Part shown: one piece after another, positions 19,720-40,626 of the stretch
How positions within the stretch are numbered: position 1 is the stretch's first letter
Layout: each line of letters starts with the position of its first letter
Assembly (NCBI RefSeq): GCF_001447785.1
Contig: NW_015163100.1
Location: forward strand, 679,408 to 743,407
Direction: 5' to 3'
Source: Gekko japonicus
Taxonomy: Eukaryota
DNA: 64,000 bases
The notes under the pieces: model-generated
Databases searched by the model: none
What the model was told of the DNA's origin: nothing
What the model saw: the letters and a program-made list of their open reading frames with translations, nothing else
Program-made: the position numbers and the translations under genes

Positions 19720-20370
19720 AGAGAGGAGAACTCGCGGGACAATCCAGGGCACGCCCCTACACACACACACACACCCTGAGCCCAGACGGGACCGCCCAAT
19801 CAGCAAGGCTGTCAACTCCAGCCTGGGAAATTCCTGGAGATTTGGGTGCCTGGGGAGGTGAGAGTTTGGGGAGAGGCGGGAGCTCAGCGGGGACGCGATG
19901 CCGCAGAGTTCACATTGCGAAGGTGCCATTTCCTTTCCTCCAGCGGATCACCCGTAATTCCAGGAGGGCTCCAGGCCCTGCCTGGAAGCTGGCAACCCCA
20001 ACCCCCCCGGACTTCCGGGTTCCCTTTCATGCCACTTCCGGGTTGCCTCGCGCATGATCTCTAGAGAAAGCGCTGACGGTCACGTGGCCAGGCCTGGGAC
20101 GCCTCCGTCGCGGGTCGCGCTTCTGGCGGTCGCTATGGCAACAGAGGGACCGGAAAGGGGCCTGTCGAACATGGAGAGGGGGGGGAGGTCAGTCGGCGTG
20201 CGTCGTTCCGGGAGGAGGAAGCTTAGTCCGGCCGGCGGGGCCTGTCGTTCGTTAGCCCCCCCCTCCGCGCCACTAACCGAAGCGGCTTCCAGTACAGGAG
20301 TAAGCAAAGCGGAGTGCTCCTGCGACACCTTCCGCGCTGAAACGGAAGTCCAGCAGCAGCTCTCATGAGC
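19720..20370. promoter_or_regulatory. CpG-island promoter region, probably divergent CHMP1A/SPATA33
   Basis: CpG-rich; CCAAT near 19796, ETS ACTTCCGG at 20011 and 20034, E-box GTCACGTGG near 20079, X-box-like GTCGCTATGGCAAC 20129-20142. Confidence 0.7.
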
Positions 20371-22732
20371 CAGGGCTGACCTGAAGCAGACAGGCAGAGA
20401 GGCTTGTCCTGTAACGGCATGGGACGAGGAGAAGCCACTTTTAAGACAATGTCCAATCAAAAGAGTCATTCGTCCGAGGCGCTTGAAGATGCCGCTGGAC
20501 CCCTGCTTTATTTTGTGCTGCACAGCTGCCCGTCGGGAACTGTCCCATGCAGCAAGGATGAGAACAACGCAAAAGTTGCATTAAAGCATCATGGGCCAAA
20601 TTGGCAGAGAGTCATAACACAGTTGCAGGCAAAGCCGTCTCCGCATGACATTTCCATCCCGCTCTTCTTCCTCTGGGGTTCTCCCCTGCTCTGCCCTTAC
20701 AACAACCTCCTGCCCTGCAAGAAGAGAGAAGGAGGCTGTGAAATGCTGAGGTGGCACAATGGACTAGAGGGGGAAGCAGCTCATTTATTGGGAATGTCCC
20801 CTATGCCAGAACACCCTGCAAGCAGAAAACCAGCACAGAAGGCCAAGAAAGGGACTGCCAGACTTCTAAGGGCAGGGAGCTGTTTCACGCACAGCGCTCA
20901 AAAATGAAATCCACCACTTGACAGTCTGGCAAGAAGGGCTATAGAATCCAGGGAGTCCACTGACTTGTTGCTTGCTTCGCAGTGCTCAGCTTGAGTCTCT
21001 ACATCCATGCCATTCTAAGAAGAGTGCCAAAAAAAGAGAACACTTTAAAAGCAAGGACAGTGGAAGGCAAGTTGCCTTTGATTGTGCAAAATTTCTGAAA
21101 ATTGCCAATTGCTGCTTAGCTATGACACTCACAGGGTGGCCTCAGCTTCTCTTAGTCTGGTCTGGTTTATGAAGTAGTTTGGGGGATGTAAGTACTGTGT
21201 TTAAAAACACAGCAATCTGTCAATAAAATAAGTCAAATGTAACCCACCATGAGCCCTTTGGACGGCAGGGGTGGGGAGGGCCGAAATATACCGAATGGGA
21301 ACTGAGCCCGGGATAAACAGACAAGAGAAATCTAACCTGTACTTCCTGACAATTTCCAGGAGGAAAGACCAGAACTGCTTTGTAGTGCTAATATTGTTCA
21401 GCTTTACATTTGCCAGTCTTAAACGCTGTAAAGAAGGGAAACAAATAGCCGTTCTGTGACATGACCCACTCAGGGGATCCCCAGTATTGATAACGGCTTC
21501 GAATAAATCTCACTGGCTCAGTTTCTCTTGTCCAATTCTCCCCTGTTTTTAATTCTGTGGGAAGGAGCCCCATGGCTTTGAAGGGGGCTCAAGGCAGTCC
21601 AGCCCCCACCTGAAACCATTCTGATCTTTCACTGTTGAGGTACCACAGACTTTTCAGATGGAGTAAGAGAAGAGAGGGGCCGATTTCCCAGGGTCTTTCT
21701 TGAGCTGCAGTCCCTCCTTGGGCAGCAGCATGGTGGTGTGCAGCTTCTTTGATGATGATGCCGCTGGTTGGTGCTGAGTCACAAAAGGACCCCGGCAGTG
21801 CAACAAGATGTAGCAGTGCCAATGAAAGGGGGGGGGCAAGGACTGTTGGCCTATCTATGGGGCGCTCTCACAGCAAACATGAAGACGGGGCAGGAGGTAA
21901 AGCATTCTCATTCCTCTTAACAAAGTGACGCTGCGGAAGGACACAAGCTGGGATGAGTGAGGCCGAGTCAGGAGGGAACCTTAATAGTCAGGGCCTCTTG
22001 GTTTGGTGAGCAGCTTCCACTCCAAGCATCCTAACTTGGAGGCTTGGGTTGAAGTCCTAAGCATACTTTCCCACAGAGATCCAGGGGAGTGACCTCTCAG
22101 TAAACATGCTGCAGACCAGGATATCAGAGATGCAGCTTTTTGGGGTGGCTCCCAACCAGTGTTCCCTCTAAGCTGAGTTAGTGTGAGCTAGCTCACGGTT
22201 TTTCAGCCTCCGGCTCACACATATTTGTCTTAGCTCAGGAAGGAGGGCTTCAAAGCAAACTAATTTACGCAGTAGCCAAATCGCTCGCTCACAACTTTTA
22301 ATGCCAGTAGCTCACAAAGTAGAATTTTTGCTCACAAGACTCCACCGCTTAGAGGGAGCATTGCTTCCAACACAAATTGAGAGAAGAGAGAGTTCTCAGG
22401 CTTCTTTGGATTTGGGGCCCTTTTCTAGATAATGATGCCCTCACTGAAGATCGGTTTTGGTGTAGTTTTGGTGTAGCACTCTTCTTTTCATCGTCCTTAC
22501 TGCTTGGGCCTTTCAGACAGCAGGTTTTTCAAGTGTCAGGTACCTTAGATCAGGCCTAGATCACAAGCAGTGGTGTGGAGGGTAAACCTGCACGTGGACT
22601 GTATTGTAATGTTCAGCAATCCATTTCATGTTCTATATTAGTTCCAGTATCCTAGAATCTGGAGCAGCCCCGGTCCAGGTTTTATCATGTCTTTAGATAA
22701 GCTGACTAGAGGAATGACTGTGAAGGACTCTG
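20135..22732 (+). CDS. Tentative 5' exons of SPATA33: 20135-20299 and 22648-22732
   Basis: ATG in the CpG island reads open to a gga|gtaagc donor (phase 0). 22648-22732 has ttccag acceptor, ctg|gtaagc donor and phase 0-1, compatible with 24007. No recognisable protein homology; inferred from splice signals only. Confidence 0.3.
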
Positions 22733-24006
22733 GTAAGCCTTGTGTTCCTTCCTTCATTGTTTTCCTGAATAAAGTCGCTACATGTTTATTAAAGAGATCG
22801 TGAGCATCTTCCTGAAGGATTGCAGCATCTTTCAGCATCTTTAGGAGCAGGCCCATCCGAATGAACATGTCTCCATACAAAACAAACACAGGATGCCTGC
22901 TGATAGGAAAAATAGAATTATTTATTTATTTATTTATTTTGTATTATTCAAATGTATATCCCGCCCGGGGCTTAGCTTTCCGTGGAAGGATTTTCTTGTT
23001 GTCATGATGCAGTGCTCCATCATGCCAGCCCCCACAAGCATTCTGAAGAAGCACAGCGCAGGCGCAGGTGAATCACGTCACCATCTCTTGGTGGGAGCTA
23101 AGGCTCAGTGTGCCTGGAGCCCAGAAACCGCATCAGGATGCAGCCAGTCCTCATGCCGGTCACTGCTAACTGCTGTGCCCGATGGATGACCTGGACTGGC
23201 ACTGGTGGCACAGACCCAGCCAGGGACTTCAGAACTCCTTCTGCCGTTTCCTTTCCCCACTTTCCCGTTAGCGTCACAGTCGTTGTGAGAAGGTTGTCAG
23301 CTCTGGCTTGGGGAATTCCTGAAGGTTTGCGTGGAGGGCCAGGGGCATGCAGAATCTGGGGGGACGGCGGGGATCTGGCTCCAGAGAGTCTGTCCTCCAA
23401 AGGTGCCACTTCTTTATGGCCCGGAGGTTGGCATCTTTAGGCCACCAGGAAGCACTGCTGCTGTCCAATTCCCCTTGAGAAAATGGCTGTTTTGGAGGGT
23501 GGACTCTGTGGCGTTATACCACACTGAGTATTTCTCATCTGGGAGTTGGCAACTGTAGTTGTGGCCCTTTGACTTCCTCAGTTCTGTTGAGTCCATCAGT
23601 AGCACAAGCCCTCTGAGGAGTGATGGTGCTTCCTCTGTATCCTGAAGGGTGCCCCAAATGTTATTGACAGACGACACAAAATAAACAATGGGAAGTGTGC
23701 AACTACAAAGCGTTCAGAGCAGACTCCTAAAAGCATGGCTGGAAATGGTTTATCGTTAGGCCTCTTCAAAAAAGATTAATGGAGAAAAAGTCTGTCGACA
23801 GCTCGATGACCCCCTCCCCCATATTCTGCACCAAGAAGGGGTGAGGGGCTTCCTGGATGCTTGTCTGGAGAAGTCCCTGGTTGGGTACACGAGGGTTCTT
23901 CTGCTGTAACTGGCTGCTGGTCCTTGGCAAAGGTCACTGCAACCACACAGCATAACAAAGGGGAAGGAGGGGGATGTTGTATCTTTCTGGTTTTTCTTTT
24001 TCTTAG

Positions 24007-27000
24007 TGGTGCATACTCACACAGGCATAGATACTGGCAAGATTAAAGATCCCAAGGCACAAGTCAAACCGGAGCAGAATGCACACACACACCAGGGTGT
24101 CTCCCAGGCCTCAACGTCCAGACCACAAAGGAAGTCACTGGCACATTCTACTCATGTAGAAGGTATGTATCAATCACATGTTCTCAAGCGCGCACACCCC
24201 TTTAATGCCCATTGTACATCTGACAAAACAGAGTAATTGCATGAAGAGGGCTGTGGTTCAGTGGCAGAGCATCTGCTTGGCCTGCAGAAGGTCCCAGGTT
24301 CAGTCTCTGGCATTTCCAGATAAAAAACATCTGGCAGTAGGTGATGTGAAAGACCCTTCTCTCCCTGAGACTCTGGAGAGCTGCTGAGTAGACAAAATTT
24401 GTGCCACAGTAACATTCTTTATGAATACATTTCAGGATCCAGGATGCAGTAGAACGTTAGATGAGCTTTATTAACTAATTACATAGCTTAGAAATCGGTA
24501 TTCTAAGGAGCAGACTGACTGACTTGCTGCTTCAGCTGTGACTTTGCTCACCTGCCCTGAGTCTCTATGATCTATCATCATGTTCATCTGAGTGAATTAT
24601 TATGCTAACTATGTTCCAGGCACTAGACTGCCTGTTCTAGGTGGGCCCAGTTGGTTTGAATGCCAGAAGGTTTGGTCACAAGTGTGAGATAAAGCGGGGA
24701 GGGGGGAGCGAGGCTATTTCCTCCGGAGGAATTTGACCTGCAGTTGCGCAATCACACAGTTCTTGGAAGCTGCAGGCACAGCCCGCCACTGTGAGGTCAG
24801 ACACAATCGTGGGTGAGTCGGGTGGAGGGGTTTTTGCCATTTGTTTCCAATGCACTTAAACGAGGAATCAATTAATCGCATCTCCGCACTGAGGCTGGCT
24901 CCCTATGGAGTTTGTGATGATCTGCATACTGAGAATGGGGGTGGGGAACAACGGCACGGAGTCGGGATGGCCCAATCAGACCATCCCGACACCATGAGAG
25001 CGCGCTGGGGAGATCAGACACGGGAAAATCCATCTGTGGCCCGTCGCAACCCATTTACTACCGGATTTTCCCCAGTGTCTTTTTACTCCACTTCTGTGGC
25101 AGAGCAGAACTGGTTGCCGACAGGTACGGGGCGGTTCCCAGATGTTCGTGTCTGGTCGTGTCCTTTAAATCTGCCCAGCATTCGCACCTATGTCGGGGCT
25201 AATTGTGCGTGTGATCGCAGCCAGAGAAATGTTGGTGCTGTTCTTAGGTTTCTCTCTCACTTAGGTATTTTAATTGTTAAATTTTTAAAATCTGTATTTT
25301 GTAATCTGCCTTGAGTGCCATTTTAATGGTAGAAAGGTGGACTATGAATTTTCTACACATATGACAGTCTTTCATCCGAAACTGAAGCAAACCTGATGCT
25401 GCTGATCTGGAGGACAGAAAGTGTTCTCAGGTTTTGTTTTTTTTGGGGGGAGCCCAGCCAAGATCTGAGGAAGAAATTCCTTATGATCATTGTGTGTGGC
25501 GGGCTGAGCTCTGATTCAAGAAGTCTCACCTCTGCTACAAGCTCACTTGGCAGCTTCAGGCAAGCCTCTTTTCTCCACCTCAGCCCCCTAGCCTCAATAC
25601 AATATTCTTTAGAACAAAGTTTGAGTCCAGAGTGGCACCTTTAAGACCGACAAAGTTTTATTCAGTGTATGAGCTTTCATGTGCATGCACACTTCCCCAG
25701 ATACAGTGAAATGGAATTTACCAGTCCATACGTATAGGCAGAGGGTGGGCAGTAAACTTGCATGCAACATAATGAATATATTTATCAGATTCAGGATACC
25801 CACCGGAATCTACAATAGTCTTTGTAAGGATTTTTAAAAAATTACGTTTGTGAGCTGCTCTGAACATTTGGAAAAGCTGTACAAATGTAAAGCATCCTTA
25901 TACCAAATAGCCAAGAGATTACTCAGATGTGGATCAAAAAATGCATTCAGTGGGGTTTAGGGTTTTACAAAGCCAGGTAAAACTTTAGGTTTGTAGAAAA
26001 AGCCAGTTTGGTGTAGTGGTTAAGTGCGCGGACTCTAATCTGGGAGAGCCGGGTTTGATCCCCCACTCGCACCTGGCTGGATGACCTTGGGCAAGCTGTA
26101 GTTCTGATAAGAGCTGTCCTTGAAAAAGAGCCGTTTCTGTCAAGAGCTCTCTCAGCCCCACCTCCCTCCCAGGGTGTCTGTTGTGGGGAGGGGAAGGGAA
26201 AGGAGTTTGTGATCCGCTCTGAGACACCTTCGGGTAGTGAAGGGCGGGGTATAAATCCAATCTCTTCTTCTTCTTTGTTTTAGGGGGGGGGGCAAAGCAC
26301 CAAAAATGTAAAGAGCCTTCAGACACAGAGATTGGAGGAAAAAACGTTTTGACAATATCGTAGTTTGCCATAGCAACCCAGCATGGCACCTGACAGCCAC
26401 CAGAGGAGAAAGAGAAGGCAAAAGCAAAGTCAGGAGACAGAGAGGCAGTGGGGAGATGGGAAGGGAGGGGAGGAAATGGCTCAGAGGGGGGAGTTAAATT
26501 TTGCCTCCCCTCTGCAAAACCCCGTGTGTTACTAAAAATGTAGATGTTTCTTTTCTTTTTTTGTATTCTTATAGTCCTTAGTTGTTCTCATATCAAATCT
26601 GCAAGGATGTCTTTAATGCTCTAGTTTGGCAGATAGATGACAGAAACTGCCTTGGAGAATGTGCTGCATTGGACAAGGGGCACATCTTCCCCTTAGAAGC
26701 TGCTCTCAGGGCCGGCTCACCCGCTAGGCAAACTAGGCATTCGCCTAGAGCACGGGCCGGACCTTAGGACGCCAAACTGCACCCGGCCCCGCCAAAAGCC
26801 CTGCATTCAGTTCTGCTTTCGTTGAAGGGGGGGGGCCCTGGATGGGGCGCTGAACTGTGCCTCCCCCCCCTCCGCGCCCTCCCCGTCCCTGGCGCCAGCC
26901 GTCCGTTGGGGCTCACCTTCTTCCGGGGTTGCCATTTCATCATGTCGGGAGGGCAAGAGGCTGCGGACCATCAAGGCACGGAGGGGCAGCGGCAGGCAGG

Positions 27001-28729
27001 GGGCCGGGGGAGGAGCGGAAAAGGAAACCGGGGGGAGGAGAAAGCGCGATTCCCAACTAGGGATTCCGAGGCTAGCTTGTGGACTGACTCCCAGGTGCGC
27101 GGGTGCAGCCACCGGACCCCATCCTGATGCTCGCTTCCAAGGAGAGAATCCAGCCGGGCTCTCATGGAGCATCCCACTGCCAGGCGCCTGAGTGCGGGTC
27201 TTGAGTAGATAGTACTGACCTTGATGGTCCGACAGTCTGATTCAGTATAAGGCAGCTTCCATTCCCCTATATCCAGGACTCTCATGTGGGATTGGGTGGG
27301 GGAGGTGTTTGCATAGGGGTCATTTCGTAGAAAAAGAGGTAGGTTTGCAGGCCCCACCGGGAGGTTGGCATGTGCGCTGAGGGGGCGCGGGCGCCACAAG
27401 CTAGCCTCGCCTCAGGCGCAGAAACACGTCTGGCCGGCCCTGGCTGCTGTTATGCCTTTGGAGTGCCTTCCTCTCACCCTTCTCACATTCTAAGCAGCAG
27501 CTTCTGTTTTTTTGTGTTTCCCTGGTGTCAGACACACAACACACACGTTTGGAACTTGCGGTTTTGTGGTAAGGGAGCTTTACAAGCTCCCCCTTTGAGG
27601 ATCTCCTGAAAATATCCAAAAGTAGAAGCAGCAATTTTTTGCTTTCTGGTGCTGTTGAGAAGAGGTGACGAAGCTTCCAGGCTTCCTCACCTGGGAAGGG
27701 CTGTGTGGCTCAGTGGAAGAGCCTCTGCCTGGCATGCAGAAGGCCCCAGGTTCAGTCCCCAGCATCTCCAGTTGAAAGGATCAGGTAGTTGGTGATGTGA
27801 ATGACCTCTGCCTCAGACCCTGGAGAGCTGCCACGGGTCTTGAGTAGAAAGTACTGACCTTGATGGGCCAACAGTCTGATTCAGTATAAGGCAGCTTCCA
27901 TCCCCCTATATCCAGGACTCTCATGTGGGATTGGGTGGGGAGGTGTTTACAGGGGTCATTTCGTAGAAAAAGAGGTGCAGGAGCTCATTAGGATAATTCA
28001 TTAGCATAACTTATTTGCATATGCCACACCCCCTGACATCACCGGAAGTGTGTCAGAAGGCAACACCCACCGCTCAGGCTCCACTGGACTGTTTTGGATT
28101 GCTAGCTATTGAGGGGGGGGACGTGCAGATCTGTCCTCATAGAGGAGGGAGAGTTTGTACCTGAATAAAACTTGGTCTTAAAGGTGCCACTGGACTGTTT
28201 TGGACCGGGGGGCCGGGGGGACTCTGCAATTTACCTGGCTGTTTCTTGCTCCGACTGAGGGCTTCTGGGAGCAGGGGGTGGGGCTTGTTGCATGTGCCCA
28301 CCCCCTGGGTTCTTTACTGCCGGAGCTTCGCTCCTGTGCGCTCCTGCACGAAATGACCCCTGTGTTTGCATGAGGAGGGCTTCACAGGCAGCTTCAACTG
28401 TGGCTCGTCTCCTTTTAAACAGGAAGCACCAGGACGGGTGCCAGGACTGTCTGTGTTGGTCTTAGATTCCTGAGACAGCAAGAAGTTGGCTGATGCGCAT
28501 TTCCCTCTCTCCCTTTCTTGCAGCATGTTCTGATAAATTTGGAAAGAAAAAAAGGATTATTCCTAAAATCGTTGTCAGTGGTCCTTCCAACGAACAGCTG
28601 ACAACCACGATTAGTGATGAGCTCCCTGAGACGAAAACCATCCGAGATACCGAAGACTATGGTCCATACACTGTGCATTCCAGACCCAGCACGATAGATG
28701 CTTATAAGTCCACCAGAGGAGAGCAGTGA
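24007..28729 (+). CDS. SPATA33: Spermatogenesis-associated 33; last exon 28524-28729, probable preceding exon 24007-24162
   Basis: Last exon KKKRIIPKIVVSGPSNEQL...TIRDTEDYGPYTVHSRPSTIDAY resembles the mammalian SPATA33 C-terminus (VVPQIIITRASNETL...TIREPEDWGPY..H..PST..AY). Exon 24007-24162 (tttcttag / gtatgt) is phase 1-1 and joins in frame. Position between CHMP1A and CDK10 is syntenic. AATAAA at 28812 and 28948. Confidence 0.8.
26708..27442. mobile_element. GC-rich hAT-like non-autonomous element
   Basis: TIRs cagggccggc / gccggccctg with subterminal ctaggc/gcctag motifs. Confidence 0.6.
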
Positions 28730-29249
28730 GTCAGCAGACCAGGGCGTCAACCAAGCTCATGGTGACGGGCACCACCAAAGAAAGCTAGAAGCACAGCCCT
28801 CGTCCCCTCTCAATAAATGGGAATCCATCCCAATGAATCTTTCCTGGTGTAACTGTCCCCACCGTAACTGCTGCACGTGCAGGTGGAGGAAGAGGAGGGG
28901 GCAGAGCTTAGCCAGATGTAAGTGCGGGAGCAAGATACTCACTTCCAAATAAATATGTTTAGTAAATGCTTTATGATTCCCAGTTAATAACAAAGCAGTT
29001 TTCACGGATGCATTCATAACATTGGGGCAGGGGGCACTTCTGAGGCGTAAGGCTCACTCCCACATTTTTAGGTGCCCACCTAACAATCCCAAATCACCCC
29101 CTCAAACCCTTGCTTTGGGGAAGAAGCAAATGGGTGCCTGGAAACTCATCAGTGGATGCCACTTTGGGGATTCCTGTACTTGAGACATTGACACTTTATA
29201 CGTTTTTGAGAGCCAGTGTGTCCAGAGGGCCACTCTACCATGGAATCTT

Positions 29250-29590
29250 AAGAACATAAAAACATAAGAGAAGCCAATGTTGGATCAGGCCAAAGGCCCA
29301 TCCAGTCCAACACTCTGTCACACAGTGGCCAGAAATACCAGTGCCATCAGGAAGTCCAGCAGTGGGGCCAGGACCTTAGAAGCCCTCCCACTGTTGACCC
29401 CCCCAAAGCACCAAGAATACAGAGCATCCCTTGCCCCAGAGTCCCTATCTATACCTTGTGGCTCATAGCCACTGATGGACCTCTGCTCCATATGCTTATC
29501 TAATTCCCTTTTGAAGCTGTCCATGCCTGTAGCCGCCGCCACCTACTGTGGCGGTAAATTCCATGTGTTGATCACTCTTTGGGTGAAGAA
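29250..29590 (-). mobile_element. CR1 LINE 3' end
   Basis: Tail aagaacataaaaacataaga; peptide MDSFKRELDKHMEQRSISGY. Same family at 34851-35092, 62345-62570, 63485-63910. Confidence 0.85.
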
Positions 29591-32243
29591 TCACTCTTCC
29601 TGGGTGACCTTTAGTCAGTCACACACTCCCAGCCTAACCAACCTCCAGGGCTGTTGTGAACGTAAAATGGAGGACAGGAGTACAGGGTAAGCCCTTTGGG
29701 TCCACACGGGGAGAGGCCAATAAAGAAAAAAAAAATGTGTAGCAATCCTGTGGGTGGGGGTTTGCATTTGTAACACCCTCAGTCTAGGGACTGCCTGACA
29801 GAGCATACATTTTCTCAGTCTTTGTGTACATTTCAGGCACCTTTTTAAAGGGGGGTAAAAAAGCTTCCATGTTGCTATAGAGACCAGGGATAGTACCAGG
29901 GGTCTTGTTGTAGAAAAAGAGCTGCCGGAGCTCATTAGCATAACTCATTAGCATAACTTATTTGCATATGCCACGCCCCCTGACATCACCGGAAGTGACA
30001 GAAGGCCACACCCCCTGACATCACCGGAAGTGTGTCAGAAGGCCCGGCTACTTACCCTCCTGCTTCATCCTCATTCCCAAACGGAATGAGGATCGAAGCA
30101 GAGGGCGGGGTAAAAAAGGGGGCGGGGCTTCACCACGTGACCGCCCCGCCCCCTAGAGGTTCTCTTCCGGAGCTCCGTACCTGAGAGCTCCCCCCCGACT
30201 AGAGCCCTGGATAGTACTATGGCAAGCAAGCGCATTGCTCATGAAGTTCACCTGTCTTTAGGAGCCAGGAATGTTCTTGAGGAAATCTGAAAGATGTCTG
30301 GAGCTGTACCTCCTGGGCTCCCTCCAAACCAATGTTTTGTGTGTGTGGCACTGCATGCCTCCAAAGGGCAGTCCCCATAGTCAGGGCCTCAGTTCCTGGA
30401 GCTCCGGTTGCTGCCTCACCTTCCCCCACGCCTTGGGCAGCAAGGGTCCTTTCCCCCAAGGCTGGCACTGGCAGTGTGGAGCAGCGGTTAGAGTGTCAGT
30501 CTAGGATCTGGGAGGCCAAAGTTAAAATCCCTGGTCTGCCATGGAAGCTCACTGGGTGACCTTGGGCTAGCTGCACGTTCAGCCTACCCTGCCTCACAGG
30601 GCTGTTGTGAACATGAAACGGAGAACAGTGTAAGCTGCTTTTGAGTCCCCATTGGAGAGAAAGGTGAATAAATAAACTTGTGCAGCAATCCTGTGGGGAT
30701 CTGAACTTGTAAAATCCGTTTCCCTCGTGTACATTTCAGACACCTTTTTTTAAAGGGGGAAAAATAAGCTGTGTTACTATAGTAACCAGGGCTAAACGTC
30801 TCAGCTTTATTAAGATGCAACAAGGCTCCCGGAACTCCAGTTCCTGCCTCACACACACACACACCCCACCCGGTGCCATTTCCCTCATGGTGGACATGGC
30901 TCCCCCCCCTCAATTTTCACCCCCCCCAATCAATGCTCCCTCTAAGCTGTGGAGTCTTGTGAGCAAAAATTCTACTTTGTGAGCTACCGGCATCAACGTT
31001 TTTTTAAATTGCAGATATAATTACAGTTAAAATTATGTACAACAAATTAAAAGAAACTATCAAGAAGTAATATCCAGTTCGGATGCTTATATTGTTTCTA
31101 TTATACTTTTTAAAAGTTGAAACTAGTCTATGTAGATCCGGCATTTAAAAAAAATTCACCATGTTGCTCTAATAGTTCAATATAGGGTACCAAATAGACT
31201 CAAAATCTGATTTATACTTCTCAACCGAGCAGTTCGAAAGCAAGAAATTGCAAGTAGATAAATAGGTATTTATCTTCGGTGGGAAGGTAACAGCGTTCCG
31301 TGCACCTCAGTGTTTAGTCATGCCGGCCACATGACCATGGAACGAGCAAGGGAACCTTTACCTTTACTTTTTACAAATTTAAAATTCAGCTGTTCAGTTA
31401 ACCGTAACCATAATTTCCTATGCCACAAAGAGAGCAGAGGAGCTATCGCACTTTTCCAGCAGGGCTAAGGTCTTTTTGGCTATTGTCAGTAATATTGTGA
31501 TTGTTACCCTTCGTTGATATGGGCAAATTTTGTCTATCGTATAACTTAAGAATAAAGATCCAAGTGTCGGCTCAAGAGTATGACCTGTAATTAGAGCTAT
31601 TTTTTGTATAATTATATTCCAAAAAAATTTAATTATATCACACTCCATCCAGCAGTGGATAAAGGAACCTATACATCCACATTGTTCCGTGCGCCTTTGT
31701 GTTGAGTCATGCCGCCACATGACCACGGAAACGTCTTCGGACAGCGCTGGCTCTTCGGCCTGGAAACGGAGATGAGCACTGCAACCCTAGAGTTGGACTC
31801 GACTGGCTTTCGAGCAAGGGAACCTTTACCTTTACTTTACCATCTAGTAAGAATCTTAAAGGTCTGAAGCTTTATTGATAAAACTGACTTGTGAGCAAAA
31901 ATTCTACTTTGTGAGCTACCGGCATCAAACTTGTGAGAGAGTAATTTGGCTCCTGCATAACTTAGTTTGCTCTGGAGCCCTCCTTTCTCAGCGAAGACCG
32001 AAATGGGTGAGCCGGAGGCTAAAAAGCGGTAAGCTAGCTCACACTATCTCAGCTTAGAGGGAACCCTGCCCCCCCCATCCCGCAGTTTTTGGAGCAAAGG
32101 CCGTGCGTAGCAACCGTTGCTAGGGGATCGCCGAGGAGGAGGGAAGCCAGGGCGAAGGGCCGTACGGCGCCTGCGCGGAAGTGTGTGAGCATGCGCAGTG
32201 ACTCCACCATGAGAACGGGCAGACTGTGTCTTCGGGAAGTGTC

Positions 32244-40626
<8,383 letters not shown>

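Noticed and set aside
24248-24320. tRNA-like sequences (also ~27700-27770, ~53990-54035, ~63930-64000)
   Set aside because: Degenerate heads of tRNA-derived SINEs that run into a shared SINE body; no intact cloverleaf.
26917-26945. Minus-strand ATG GCA ACC CCG GAA GAA G|gtgagc as CHMP1A exon 1
   Set aside because: Phase fits, but it lies inside a hAT-like element beyond the CpG promoter and does not resemble the conserved MDD start.
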